From contig NC_043005.1 of NCBI RefSeq assembly GCF_006345805.1, positions 6,882,001 to 6,946,000 of the forward strand: 64,000 nucleotides of DNA. Direction: 5' to 3'. Below are positions 49,823 through 64,000 of the stretch, in pieces (positions within the stretch are counted from its first letter, which is position 1; each line of letters opens with the position of its first letter). This DNA comes from Octopus sinensis. Its lineage: Eukaryota. The notes beneath the pieces were generated by a model. It saw only the letters and a list, made by a program, of their open reading frames with translations. It ran no database searches and had not been told where the DNA came from. A program made the position numbers and the translations under genes.

Positions 49823-50850
49823 CAGGGATTGGACAAAATAATGGAAACACCTTAAAGTTTCAAGCAAATTTATTTTAATATGGGGTAGGACCACCTATGG
49901 CAGTAATTATAGCTTGAATTCTATGAGGTATGGTCTCGTACAAAGTTTGAATTGTTTCCAAAGGAATTTTGTCCATTCTTCAGCTAAAACAGTCTCCAGT
50001 TCTTGTAGTGATGATGGTGGAGGATATCGACTCCTTACTTGTTTTTCTAAAATGCATCAATAATGTTCAATAATATTGAGATCTGGGGACTGTGGTGACC
50101 AGATAAGACGTTCAACTTCACTAGAATGTTCCTTGTGCCATTCAGTAACAACTTTAGCTGTGTGAATTGGTGTATTATCATCCTGAAAGATTGCGTTTCA
50201 CTCTGGAAACAGTTCTGCAACCATAGGATGAATTTGATCAGATAAAATGCTTAAATGATCTTGACTATTAATCCTTCCATGAACATGAAGGGAAACCATT
50301 GGGCCAGCGGATTTCCAAGATATACCCCCCCCCCAGATCATGACATATCCTCCTCCATGTTTAACAGTTGGACGAAAGCAGTCTGGGTCAAAAGCTTCTT
50401 TTGGCTGTCTCCACATGTATACTTGGCCGGTGGTTGGAAATAAGATAAAGAATGACTAGTCCGAGAAAATAACATTTTTTCACTGCTCTAGGGACCAATT
50501 ATTTAGGTTTTTACTCCACTCTAAATGCTTTACAAAATTAGTTTTTGAAAGTAGTGGTTTTCTGATTGCAGCCCTCCCATGAACTCCAGCTTTGTGCAGC
50601 TCCTGGAGAACAGTTTTTGTGAAAACTGGGTTCTCAAGGTGGTCATTAAGCTCTTCAGTAATTTTGGGAGCTGTACTTTTGTGATCCTTTCTAACAATTC
50701 ACTAATGAGTCCGACGGTTCCTATCTGAAAGTTTTGGTTCAACGAGGTTTCTCTCTCTTTCTCAAAGGCTGTCATTACCTACGAGGCAGTGCTTCTAGAT
50801 ACACCAAACATTTTGGCTGTTTTCGTTACACCAGCACCTGCCATATTTAA
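49823..50850 (-). mobile_element. Tc1 (DD34E) transposase relic with one TIR
   Basis: TVKHGGGYVMIWG...FQDDNTPIHTAK...WSPQSPDLNIIEH; TA|CAGGGATTGGACAAAATAATGGAAACAC end. Confidence 0.9.
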
Positions 50851-50984
50851 TAAATATGTCTTAAAAATGAAAACACTGTTTTATTTTATCTTGAGATAGT
50901 ATCATGGGAACAAATACCATCTGCACTGTGTGTGTGTGTGTATATATATATATACATACACATATATATTTTATTTATAGGTTA

Positions 50985-51195
50985 ACAAGGTAACCAGTGG
51001 TTTCATGTGAAGATATCTTCACAATTGTTCAAGCTTACACATGGAAATGTTGGTACTCATCTCTATTTTGGATGAGAATACCTGCATATGAACTTGTAAG
51101 AGGGGCATAGCTTATACTTGTACACTGTATATATATATATATGTGTGTGTGTGTATATGTGTGTGTGTGTTTTTCAGCTCTGTGTGAGTATGTGT

Positions 51196-51228
<33 letters not shown>

Positions 51229-51815
51229 TGTGTGTGTACACATCTGTCATTCTCTAGACTGAAAACGGGGATGATTACGTTGTCAGAGCAAATTTCCATT
51301 CATGAGGGCAGTATCAAAATATTTTACTTTTTGAGTTTAGGAAAGCAATCAGATTGTGTGAATTTCTTCTGAGTGATTTTCCTCTCTGTCAAGACAAGCT
51401 TAAAAAGCTTTAAAAAAAAAACCTTACTTCCTTTTAGATAAGGCACAGGACATTTCTTGGATTCTAAAAATAGATCTGCAATTATTTAGCCTGGCCTTAA
51501 AGGGGCCATCTATTGCCTCAACATATTTCTGTGTGTATGCCAGTTTGATGTCACTGAATGACACCACCTCTGCTTCATAAATTATGGACTCTGTGTTACA
51601 TTGTCCATTCACGGGACACTCACTGTAAACCCTACAAGAGCTGCCTTCTTTTGCTTGAAGCCTTGGAGCATATTCTAATATTTGTTTTGATGCTAGGCAC
51701 ACAACTAAATAAGACCCTTAAATTATGCCTTTTAAATATTTCCCTATACTTATGGTCTTGTATAAAATGCTTATCCATTATTCTAAAGAAGACCTTTCCC
51801 TTGCAATTTATCATA
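50985..51815 (-). mobile_element. Penelope element fragment (GIY-YIG region + pLTR)
   Basis: GKVFFRIMDKHF..DHKY.EIFKRHNL.V.FSC.P; CPVNGQCNTESIIYEAEV...KYV..IDGPFKARLNN.RSIF; decayed hammerhead at ~50988-51033. Confidence 0.85.
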
Positions 51816-52220
51816 TTGAGTCAGAAAAAAGGAGCAAACTTGAGGACCTCACAGTGACACTTTCTCTTATGGGTGTTAGGGTTAGGCATATAAATGATGC
51901 AGCCTTGGTTGCTAGAGCCATATTGAAAGAGGGAGCTGCTGTATCAAGATCATCTTTCTTCAAGGATAAGATTGAAATCCTCCTGACACACTTTACAAAT
52001 CTCAGAAGATTGCTGAAGATTCTCATATTGGAATTTTATGCTTTTGTATTTATATATTTATCTTGGGACCTGAAAGAAATTAGATAAATAAACATATTGA
52101 AAAAATTTGATCATAAAAAAATCCCAGCTTATAACCCTAGTACTACTATTTGAAATAAAATAGAATGATTAAATAATGATAGAGGTAAGCATAGAATAAT
52201 TAGATAATCATAGAGGTTAA

Positions 52221-52378
52221 CATGGCTGTATAGTTAAGAAGCATGCTTTGCAATTTCATGGTTTCAGGTGTAGTCCCATTGTGTGGCACCTTAGGAAGGG
52301 GTTTTCTACTGTGGCCTAGGGTCAAGCAATGCCTCGTGAGTGAGTTTGGTACACGTATACTGTGTAGAAGACTGTTGG

Positions 52379-52420
<42 letters not shown>

Positions 52421-52421
52421 A

Positions 52422-52471
<50 letters not shown>

Positions 52472-52685
52472 GCTTGCCTGCACAAACCACTTGACAGCCA
52501 GTGTTGGTTTGTTTATATCCTTGGAACATAACAGCTTGGGAAAAAAAATCGATAGAATAGACACCAGACTTTAAAATAAGTATAGCGGGGTGGGGTCTCT
52601 CTGTTTGACTAAAACTCATCTTCAATGTAGTGCCCCAGTATGACCACAGTCAAATGACTGAAACAAGTAAAAGATAAAAGATAAG
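52221..52685 (+). mobile_element. SINE family A (old)
   Basis: Diverged head, (TG)n, CACAGTCAAATGACTGAAACAAG tail. Confidence 0.75.
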
Positions 52686-54466
52686 ATAATATTCTTCCAG
52701 TCATAATTTATATACTGATACTTTTTAATGTGTGTTGTTAATCTTGCTATTTCAGACAAATTTAGCAGACACCAGGAAAATTAAAATCTCTGGTGTCTAA
52801 GAAAATGAGAACCTCATTTCTAGTTTTTGCACATACACTTCAATACATATAATGACATTGAATTTCAGTTCTCTATTAATTTTCAAAAGGCTATTGAAAA
52901 AATAGCTAATTTATTAATTTTTCTTTTCTCTGCAGTCATTTTTGACTTCTCTTCATTATACAAGGGAGATACTTTTAGCCAATATATTCAATACATTTAT
53001 TTATTTTCTTAAGAATAAGTTCACAAAAATAGTACAGTTGAAAATTTTCAAAGAAAATTTGGCATACAAGAGTAACATATAAAAGAATTCTAAAAGAAGA
53101 GTTAAATGAAAAGAAATGGTCAAATACCATAGTAAATATTTCAATGATAACAGATGTTTTCATTCAGTGTTGCAGCAAATTAATAGCTCTTGTTCTATAC
53201 TTATTAAAAGACAAAAAGTAAAATGTACTGTTTCCTTTTTCAAGGAAATAAGAGAGAAGTCTAAAGCCTGCTTGATGGGTTGAAAAAAAAGTGTTACATA
53301 AAAGCTGATAAATTTCTATAATGATTAAATATCCAAAGAAGAAAAAATTCAATCAGATATGCTAAAAAAGGAGCTATAAAAAATGACCAAAGTTTCGTAA
53401 ATTAGGGTATTTTATCCCCACTTATAGTTTGTTTTCTATTTCAAAAGATTTTTTCTTTTCTTTAACAATGAATTTAGATTTCTTTTCTAAACCCAATTAA
53501 CTTGTACTTTGCTGGAGGTAAGATATGGTTTTGTCATTTTATTTCCATAGTTTGCTTGTTATTTCCTAACTATCGTGAAAATATAAGAATTTTGGCTGTG
53601 CAATAGAACAAAATTTTAAATAAAAAAGAATCTTTACATTTAAAGCAAAAGAAATTTAATAGGATAAAATAAAAGGTTTTTCAGTGTGAATTGCATTCAA
53701 TTTTAATTTACATGAAAAGAGTAAAAATCTAAGCAAATATAATGATTAATTTTGTATTTTAATCTAGATGTATATTTACAGAATATATTTTTATGTAGGT
53801 AGATATATACAATGACTAAGAGACAGAAATATAAACAAATAGCCAACATCGTAGAATTGCCTTAACATACATACATTTACATACATACATACATACATAG
53901 ATGCATGCCACACATATGTACGTGTACATATTTATGTATGTATATATTTGTGTATATATATATAGATATATATGTGTGTGTATATATATATGTGTGTGTG
54001 TATGTTTGTGTAAGTATGTGTGTGTGTGTGTAAGTATGTATGTATGTCTGTGTATGTATACACATATACATATGCATATACATATACACATGTACACATA
54101 AATTCAAGCATGTATGAGTATGTGCGTATGCATACATGCATGCGTGTGTGTGTGCACGTGCACGTGTGTGTGTATTTAGCCTATATAGTAGATACACATA
54201 TGTGTATGTATACTAAAAGTATGCATATTCTAAAAGTGGAGGAATAAATACAGAGACAGAAAACATGGATTATACAAAAACATGAAAACTTGTGGAAATT
54301 TCCAAAGGTTCCATCAGGGCTGAGCAATTAAGAATGTTTGCTTTCAGTGATGGCCTTAGCATCCTGGTCAAGTATCTTCTACTGCAATGTTGTGTTATCC
54401 AGTACCTTGGTGCCTTGTGAATGAAATTTGGTAGATCAAGAGTTTACAGAAACCTGTCACACACAC

Positions 54467-54720
54467 ATCATCATCATCATCATCATCATCATTTCTTTGT
54501 CATCCTCATCATTTCAATGTCCACTTTGCCATGTGTGCATGGATTGGATGGAATTTATTGAGACAGGTGCCCTTCCAGTCACCAACCCTCACCTGTTTCC
54601 AAGCAAGAGAATATTTCCCCATGACCAGATATGTTTTTATAGAAGCCTTGTAATGAAGGATATAGCTTGTATAACTGACACTGCTTTACAACTATCATGC
54701 AATGTCAAGGCATATGACAA
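54467..54720 (-). mobile_element. Old RTE 3'UTR
   Basis: (CAT)n tail, GGTGCCCTTCCAGTCACCAACC. Confidence 0.55.
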
Positions 54721-54757
54721 TAACACACACACACACACTGCATCTATATATATATAT

Positions 54758-54955
54758 AGGTGCAGGGATGGTTGTGTGATAAAAAGTTTGCTTCCCAACC
54801 ACATGGTGCTAGGTTCAGTCCCACTGCATGGCACCTTGAGCAAATGCCTTCTGCAATAGCCTCCGGCTGACAAAAACCTTGTGAGAAGATTTTGTACAAG
54901 GAAACTGAAAGAAACCCATTGTATATATATATATGTATGTGTTTGTGTGTGTGTA

Positions 54956-55004
<49 letters not shown>

Positions 55005-55236
55005 GTTTGTCTGTTGGTGTCTGTCTTTGTCTCCCACCAGCACTTGACAGCTGCTGTTGGTTTGTTTATATCCCAGTAACTTAGTGATTCAGCAAAAGAG
55101 ACAGACAGAATAAATACCAGGCTTTAAAAAAAAATGCTCAGGTCAATTTATTCAACTAAAATTCCTCAAGGTGGTACCCCAGGATGGTTATTATTGAACG
55201 ACTGAAACAAGCAAACAGTAAAAGATTAAAATAAGA
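54758..55236 (+). mobile_element. SINE family A (old)
   Basis: Head, internal microsatellites, GACTGAAACAAG tail. Confidence 0.75.
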
Positions 55237-55705
55237 TTTATATGTATGATGGGTTTCTGTGATACACACATGCATACATACATACGAACGTACATACATA
55301 CATACACATACATACATATATATATGTATACATATATGTATACATATATACATACATATATGTATACATATATATGCATGCGTGTGTGTGTGTGTGTAAA
55401 TATATCTATACATACACACACATATATATATATACAGGTGTGGTGTGGCAAGAAGTTTGCTTTCCAACCACATGGTTCTGGGTTCAGTCCCACTGGATGG
55501 CACCATGTCCAAGTGTCCTCTACTGCTGATCTGGTCCAATTGCCATTGCACTAATCACTGAGTTTTGGCCAGTTCAGAACCCTGGATGTAATTATTGATG
55601 CCTCTTACCATGTAGTTGACTACTTCAGCTTCTAAAAATGTTCTTGATGCAACATCTCACAGGCTAAACTAGTCAATTTCCACTTCTTTTGAAACACCAA
55701 GATGA

Positions 55706-55745
<40 letters not shown>

Positions 55746-56134
55746 CTAGCAGACAATAGCAGTGCTGTGATGGTGTGGCAGGCCAACCTCTACATAACCG
55801 AAGCACTGTGACAACTCTAGAACCCTCTCTTGTATCATTCGTTGCCTTCTGAAACCAACTCCCTCTACCAACACTGCATTTCCTTACTCCTCTGCCAGCT
55901 CTCTCCCTCCCTCCCTCTCTCACTCACTCACTCCTTCCCCAGCCCCCACCCTCATCCTCTGCACCCCCTACTCCCACAACACACTTCCTCTCTAAGCTAT
56001 ATGGAGCAGCAAATCCCAGCGGCCTCATCATCTCTGACTGTAACCGTTCCACTGAACTCATCTCTGCCTACCTCAATATGCTCCATGCACTTCTGGCTGC
56101 TGCTCTCCCCTCCCACATACATACACACATGCAT

Positions 56135-56216
56135 TATATACATATATATCTATATATACATATATATATATAGATACTTTACTTTTTTACATATTCATAT
56201 ACATATACATACATAC

Positions 56217-56254
<38 letters not shown>

Positions 56255-56271
56255 ATATATATATCATCATC

Positions 56272-56302
<31 letters not shown>

Positions 56303-56327
56303 CATATATATATATACACATATATAT

Positions 56328-56380
<53 letters not shown>

Positions 56381-56468
56381 CATATATAATATATATCTAC
56401 ATATATATATATATACATATATATTATATATATACATATATATATATACACACACATATATATATATA

Positions 56469-56517
<49 letters not shown>

Positions 56518-56550
56518 ATATACACACACATATATATATATATATACATT

Positions 56551-56581
<31 letters not shown>

Positions 56582-56640
56582 AGATATAGATATATACACA
56601 TGCATATACATATATGCATATACATATATATACATATTCA
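56135..56640. repeat. Complex (TA)/(TACA) microsatellite
   Basis: Direct reading. Confidence 0.95.
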
Positions 56641-56646
56641 CACACA

Positions 56647-56717
56647 TGGCAGTGCCCCAGCATGGCCACAGCTCGTGAGCTGAAACTAGATAAAATTTAA
56701 AAAAAAAAATAAAAAAT
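56647..56717 (+). mobile_element. Tiny CR1-group LINE 3' tail
   Basis: Matches the tail of the 35670-36060 element. Confidence 0.75.
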
Positions 56718-57129
56718 ACACACATACATGCATGGAGAACTATGTTCTTCCCCTCTTCAACTTCTCATTCTTCTCTAGCCCCTCCTGCCCCATTTTCATC
56801 ATGGTTATTTACTTCTTGTACTGTCACCCTAATCAAGAAATTACAGCTACAAGCTATCAAAATACGTAAAGCATTTAATAAGTTCAGCATGTAATAGGAC
56901 TGACATATGCAATGATATCCATACATGTGCCTATACGTGCATGTTCACATTTATGCATAATTTGTCTATGCATACCTGTGCACAAGCATACATACAAAGA
57001 TGGACATACAAAGATGGACAAATCTGGAGATTTGTCAAGACTGCTGAAACGTGGAAGAGAGATACCAGCTGGTCTGAGTGCTCTCTACCCACAATAACTA
57101 AAAAGACTACAGCAACTCAGGGAAACTAA

Positions 57130-59998
57130 GCCAGAACAACCTGCCATCCTCTACACACCATCATAAACTGCGAGCAGGGTACAAATTGTTGTCCTTAAAT
57201 GCTCGCAGTTTATGCAACAAAATACATTTGTTCAACGCCTACGTCAGAAGTGTTGACCCTGACTTCATCACTGTCACGGAAACATGGGCGCATTCCTTAC
57301 TCTGTGATGGGGTTTTCAACATTACGGGGTACAACCTCTTCCGTAAGGACCGCACTAACCGCCGTGGTGGTGGTGTGATGGTCTACGTTCGTTCAAATTT
57401 TTTGGTAATTCCTTGTGCCGATTTGAACGAATCACAAGAAGAAGTTTTTTTCTGTGACGTGCGTATGACCATGTCAACACTCCTGCTTGGCGTTGTTTAT
57501 CGTCCCCCAAGTTACCATCGGGACACACAGCTTTGCAATGTCCTCCGAGCTGCTGCCAGGAAAACAGCCACTTATGTGTTTATTGCAGGCGATTTCAATC
57601 ATCCTGAGATCGATTGGGAGACCTTCCATTGGCCACAGAGTGCAAACGATTTTGTTGAGCTTGTGCTGGACTCAAACTGGTCACAAGTAGTCACCTCTCC
57701 AACAAGAGGCGACAACACCTTGGACCTGCTCTTCACCACAACTCCTGAAGCGGTTATCAATTGCACTACGGAGGAACCTCTAGGTGACTCTGATCATGCT
57801 ATGATCATCGCCAATCTGGCTCTTGCGGGCAACAAAAACCTGAACCATCTCCAATCTGCTTCCTTCGATTGGAAGAGAGCAGATTGGAACCTGTACCACA
57901 CTGAACTACAGCACCCAAACTGGCGTAAATTCTACAACTCTGGAGATGTGAATACTATACTCCAGAGTATCCTGGACTCAATATGGGCAGCATGTGCAGC
58001 ATCAGTGCCACGTAAACAAAAAAAGAAGAACCGCCCCAAAAGGGCAATTTGGGAAACTTCAGCGGTCCGACTTGCCAGGAGGGAACGTCGGACTGCTGAA
58101 CGGGAATACAGGTTGCATAAATCAGACACCAACAGGAAGAAGCGGAATAAATCCTCCAACCATCTCAAGCAAGTGACAAAAAAAGCAGTGCTTGAATTTG
58201 AACAGTGCATAGCAGCCAATCCTGACAGCAAGGTTTTCTGGAAATATGTGCACTCAAAGCAGAGACCTCACTCTCCAGTGGGCCCTCTTCGCAACCCTCA
58301 CACAAACCAGATCACTGACGACCCCAAGGAATGCGCAGAACTCATTGCCGAGTGCTATGCAACATATTCACTGTTGAAAGTCAAAATGTACCATCTTCAC
58401 CATCACTAACAGCAAACTCCATAACAACTATGGAATTTACACCTGCAATGCTGTGACGTCACCTTCAAAATAAGCGCAACTATGCCTCCCCTGGTCTCGA
58501 TGGAGTTACATACCTGCTTCTCAAACGTGGCAGGCACTTCCTTTTACACCAGCTTTCTATTTTCTTCCAGTACTGTCTCAACAATGGTGCTACTCCGGAG
58601 CAGTGGAAAACTGCCAGTGTCATTCCTCTGTTCAAAAAGGGCGACCGCACATCACCTGTCAACTATCGCCCAGTCAGTCTCACTAGCTGTATTGCAAAAC
58701 TGATGGAATCGTGTGTCAGAGAAACACTCTGGAACTTCTGGAGCTCTCACAGTCTCATCCGACCCTCACAATATGGATTTGTCCCTAACTCCAGCTGCAG
58801 TGACCAGCTTGTCGAGTTCCTTCAGGACATTACTCAGATTACTGACAGTGGCTCATGGGTGGATGTTGTCTACCTTGACTTTGCTAAGGCTTTCAACTCT
58901 GTGCCACACAAAAGGCTTATGGTGAAACTCTCTGCAATGGGTGTGGGGGATGACCTTTTTAACTGGTTGAAATCCTTCATCCTCAGCTGAAAGGAGGTAG
59001 TCACAGTTCTAGGACAGCACTCTACACCATATGAGATGTCATCGGGTGTACCACAGGGATCTGTCCTTGGTCCCCTCTTGTTTGTGGCATACATTAACGA
59101 CATAGATGCCAATTTAAAGAATGCCACAGTATTGAAATATGCAGACGACATCAAGCTGTACCTTGAAATCAAGAGGACAGATCCTGATGTCTACAACTCT
59201 TTCCTGCAATCAGACCTAGACACAATGCAGCAATGGATCACAGACTGGCAACTGAAACTGGCTGTGGACAAGTGTACCACCATGCATTTTGGGAGAAAAA
59301 ACCCTGCGTTCACATACTCCCTCCACAACACTGATATCAAGAAATCCTCTTGCGAGCGTGACCTAGGCATCACTGTCAGCAGTGATTTGCGTTGGTCAAA
59401 GCATATCTCTAAGATTGTCAGGAAGGCCGAGGGTGTCTTGGCATCACTCAGTAGGTCTTTTGTTAGCCGCTCTCCAGCCATCTATTTAAAACTGTATACA
59501 GCTATGGTACGACCACACTTGGAATTCGCATCATCAGTTTGGAACCCCTATCTTGCACAGAACATTGACCTCCTGGAATCTGTCCAGAGACGTGCAACCA
59601 AACGCATACCCTCCATCAGACACCTACCATATTCTGAGCGCCTTGTTTCCCTGGGCATGGATTCACTGAAGCTCCGCGTTTGGCGACGGACTTGGTAAAC
59701 ACCCACAAAGTTATCAACCACCTCACCAACAACAACACTGAACACCTTTTTGATCTTCATGTGTCTAACACACGTGGACATGCCTACAAAGTCAGAAAAC
59801 AATACAGCTCCCATGACTTTCGGAAACATTTTTTCCCGCTCAGAGTTGCTGAAGCATGGAATAAACTGCCTGCGTCAGTTGTTGACTGCCATGACACTGC
59901 ATCTTTTAAGGCCTTCATGCTTTCCGAAATCCGCCGAAACTACACCTGATTATATATACACTTTAGATGAGTTGTAGTGCACCTGAGCACTGTACACA

Positions 59999-60022
<24 letters not shown>
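57130..60022 (+). mobile_element. CR1-group LINE, 5'-truncated, near-complete ORF2 (APE endonuclease + RT), disabled
   Basis: LNARSL.NK, VTETW, YRPP, GDFN, LDL, SDH (APE); NYRPVSLTS, QYGF, YLDFAKAFNSVPH, GVPQGSVLGPLLF, YADD (RT); 2 frameshifts and 2 stops; (ATT)n tail. Confidence 0.95.
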
Positions 60023-60029
<7 letters not shown>

Positions 60030-60089
60030 AATATATGCATACATATATGAAAATCATGTTTTAGATAGGTATAACTATAGGGGTATTAA

Positions 60090-60225
60090 ATAATTGGATC
60101 AGGTGATGAAAGTTACAGAGAAGGTCATAGCCCAACTAATTAGGGAGAGAGTTAGCCTAGATGAGATGCAGTTTGGTTTTGTGCCTAGCAGAAGCACCAC
60201 TGATGCTATATTTCTGGTAAGATCC
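60090..60225 (+). mobile_element. RTE RT fragment
   Basis: LDQVMKVTEKVIAQLIRERVSLDEMQFGFVPSRSTTDAIFLVR. Confidence 0.8.
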
Positions 60226-60265
60226 TGGCATGGTTGATGTAGTTCATAAAATTTTTCATATATTA

Positions 60266-60659
60266 CTAGCAGTATCGTCCAGCGTTGCTTGGGTTTGTTT
60301 TGACCCTTTAGAATTGGAATTTTTGAAAAGTAAAAATTTTGCATTATGTAGCTTGTTATTCTCTTTAAGTGAACATTTTTCAGGTTGAAATACACCAAAA
60401 ATAGCGACACAGCAGTAAAAAAATCGTAAAAAAATATGGATTTTCATAGAAAAAAATCACCTTTTTGATGTAAATAATTTTTGTTGTTAACATGGTCCGA
60501 TTTGAATTTTATCTTCTACGGAATGAAGAGCAAGCCTTCTTCTATCATACTCTCAATTTTGATCAACTTGCGCCACAGGGTCTTGTAGGAGATAGTGTTA
60601 GTTGAAGGCTACCAAACCTGCCATACACAGACAACTTCAGCTTTATATATAGAGAGAGA
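60266..60659 (-). mobile_element. Non-autonomous Helitron (family H-a)
   Basis: Near-identical to 9903-10291. Confidence 0.9.
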
Positions 60660-61080
60660 TTTGTAAACTTATGTAGAGTACTGTTGATTATTGATCCTTT
60701 TAGTCACCAACTGTTATCATCTAATATAACCAAAAGAAACAAAGATTAAGAAGTAACCAGAGTTCTCAAGAAAGGATATGCAAATCAATGCATTCCATTA
60801 AAGCAGAAGTAAACATATGCAAGACTTTTCTTAAGTTTCTAATGATTTGTTTTGTTTCAATTTCAATTCCTAATGTTGGGTAATTTCAAGGAATAAAGAT
60901 CATAAAACAAAATGTCTGACACTGTGAACATTTCAAAATAGCTTCGTATTTCAAGACCAGCCGGAAGGAAACTACAACAACAATGACAACAACAACAGTA
61001 GACAATGAAATCAGCAAACTTAAAAACACACTTCCATACACTTGTTAGCAAGTATACATACACAAATCATATATATATAT

Positions 61081-61235
61081 GAGTAGGTGTGTGGTAAGTA
61101 GCTTGCTTACCAACCACATGGTTCTGGGTTCAGTCCCACTGCATGGCACTTTGGGAAAGCATCTTCTACTATAGTGTCGGGCAAACCAAAGCCTTGTGAG
61201 TGGATTTGGTAGACGGAAACTGAAAGAAGCCTGTC

Positions 61236-61283
<48 letters not shown>

Positions 61284-61500
61284 GTATGTGTGTGTATATG
61301 TTTGTGTGTCCCCCCAACATCGCTTGACAACCGATGCTGGTGTGTTTACATCCCCGTAACTTAGTGGTTCGGCAAAAGAGACCGATAGAATAAGTACTAG
61401 GCTTACAAAGAATAAGTCCTGGGGTCAATTTGCTCGACTAAAGGCGGTACTCCAGCATGGCCACAGTCAAATGACTGAATCAAGTAAAAGACCAAAAGAG
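61081..61500 (+). mobile_element. SINE family A
   Basis: Full body and tail. Confidence 0.9.
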
Positions 61501-61792
61501 TATATGTATATATGTGTGTATATCAACAGATTATTGAAGCATTTAAGAAAGAAAACATTAAATGAAACCATCAAGTCACCATGTTGTATTTCTTATCTTT
61601 TAGTACTCACACTTTTCAGGTGCCAACACAGACACAGGTGTGTCTGTGTGATTAAAAAGTTTGGCCAACAACAGAAGGTTCAGTGTTCATTCCTGTTGAG
61701 CAGAACATTGACAAGTATCTTCTATTATGTGTTTGGGTGGACTAGTACCTTGTGGCTGGAATTTCGTTAATGGAAACCATGCGGATGCTCAT

Positions 61793-62350
<558 letters not shown>

Positions 62351-62354
62351 CATA

Positions 62355-62640
62355 AATCTCAAATGATGAAAATGAGTGCTCAACGCCACATTGGTGGATA
62401 TAAGTTCTTTATTTGTGAATTAAGGCTACCATTGGTTTCATGTTAAGAAAAGTAGGAAAATATCCTAGTATCTTAATAATTTTTCAAGCCGATTACATGG
62501 CAAACATCACAAAAAACTGTGACTCAGAGTTTTGCATTCCCATTTGTTGGACAGTTTGACCACAAATGTCTGACAAATGGAAACGTGAAACTCTAAGTTT
62601 TTTGTGATGTTTTTGCAGCTTTAATAAAAAGGTATATTAC
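62355..62640. mobile_element. Penelope-like pLTR fragment with decayed hammerhead and inverted repeat
   Basis: Minus 62424-62490 GGC-TTGAAAA-stem-GAAACCAATG-GTA-GCC; inverted repeat 62502-62612. Confidence 0.55.
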
Positions 62641-62948
62641 TTCAACGTGAAATTAAATGTTTTGCCCAAGAACACAATGCACCACCAATCTGGGAATTGA
62701 AACCATGACCTTGCAATTGCGTGTGTGACATCCTTAACCATTAGGCCACATGCCTTCACTTAAAAGAACACTGGTTTTCCATATATGTATATATGTATTT
62801 TTGTTTGGACAATCAGTGTTTATTGATTTACAGATGTTTCTTTGTTATTACTCCTGTTGCTAGAAATATAGCAAACCAGTGATTGACCTATTGGAAGCCT
62901 TTAACCAGCAATGCTATTGTTCACAAACTGTGATATGAAATATATATA

Positions 62949-63110
62949 GGTGTAGGAGTGGCTGTGTGGTAAGTAGCTTGCTTACCAGCCACATGGTTCC
63001 GGGTTCAGTCCCACTGCATGGCACCTTGAGCAAGTGTCTTCTACTATAGCCCCGGGCCAACCAAAGCCTTCTGAGTGGATTCGGTAGACGGAAACTGAAA
63101 GAAGCCTGTC

Positions 63111-63150
<40 letters not shown>

Positions 63151-63537
63151 GTGTTAGGAAGGGTCTTGGCGTTAGGAAGGGCATCCAGTCGTAGAAACAC
63201 TGCCAGATTTGACTGGGCCTGATGAAGCCTTCTGGCTTCACAGACCCCAGTAGAACCGTCCAACCCATGCTAGCATGGAAAACGGACGCTAAACGATGAT
63301 GATGATGATGATGTGTGTGTGTGTAAGTTTGTGTGTCTGTGTTTGTCCCCCTAACATCGCTTGACAACTGGTGTTGGTGTGTTTACGTCTCCGTAACTTA
63401 GCAGTTCGGCAAAAGAGACTGATAGAATAAGTACTAGGCTTACAAAGAATAAGTCCTAGGGTTGATTTGCTTGACTAAAGGCGGTGCTCCAGCATGGCCA
63501 CAGTGAAATGACTGAAACAAGTAAAAGAGTAAAAGAG
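62949..63537 (+). mobile_element. SINE family A with an RTE tail (63151-63312) inserted in its microsatellite
   Basis: SINE halves flank GGCGTTAGGAAGGGCATCC...(GAT)n. Confidence 0.9.
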
Positions 63538-64000
63538 TCTACTTACACCCCCCCCCATTCTGAGTCTCTCATCAAGGGAGGAGACACCATAAACCTACTT
63601 TTTAAAGCCTCCATTTAATAGCAGATATTGCACAGAGTGTGTGGAAGTTGAGAATCATAAGCAATTTTTTTTTTTTTTTGTATTATAAATGTATTATAAA
63701 TGTAATGGTACATGCTAGCTTACAGAAATGTGCAATATGTGTATCTGTGTATGTGTCAGTGTGTGTGTATGTGCACATGCGCATGTTTGTATGTGTGTAC
63801 GTTCCTTAGTAGACACCAGAAGGGTTCAGTTAGTGAAAAGGGGATGGAGAAAAGACAGTAAAAGAAAGAAAGTGAAGATGAAGAGAGAAGAAGAAAAAAA
63901 AAAAGCTGCTACTGAGAAAAAGGGAAAGGTACAGCTGACAATTCATCATTGTTTTGAAATATTTGGAGTAAGATGTTTTAGGGATCCATCCATCCAGCCA

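Noticed and set aside
52757-52823. Two small hairpins (AGACACCAG/CTGGTGTCT, AAATGAG/CTCATTT) as a miRNA or terminator
   Set aside because: Stems are too short for a pre-miRNA and expected by chance
55830-56725. Long YI/HT/CV-repeat ORFs (also at 9.3, 11.8, 21.5, 23.9, 33.3, 52.4, 54.0 and 62.1 kb)
   Set aside because: Stop-free dinucleotide repeats, not coding

Overview
AT-rich, microsatellite-dense eukaryotic DNA, almost entirely made of transposable-element debris. The SINE/LINE repertoire and (TA)n/(TG)n/(ATT)n load look like a cephalopod (Octopus-type) intergenic or intronic region; that taxon call is an inference. I found no convincing host protein-coding gene, and most ORFs in the track are microsatellite or repeat artefacts. 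Supported content: (1) a near-complete CR1-group LINE ORF2 (57.1-60.0 kb); (2) RTE LINE 3' ends whose 3'UTR carries a variable tandem array of ~60-nt structured units; (3) R4/Dong, Tx1-like and Penelope fragments; (4) three or more tRNA-derived SINE families; (5) six Tc1/mariner relics, a hAT element, a piggyBac MITE and five non-autonomous Helitrons; (6) a solo LTR; (7) an ancient Gypsy gag-pol fossil (10.4-16.5 kb) broken up by nested insertions. The most notable signals are an intact-core type I hammerhead ribozyme at 43119-43194, several more hammerhead-like motifs inside Penelope-type fold-back palindromes, and covarying RNA hairpins in the RTE 3'UTR array.
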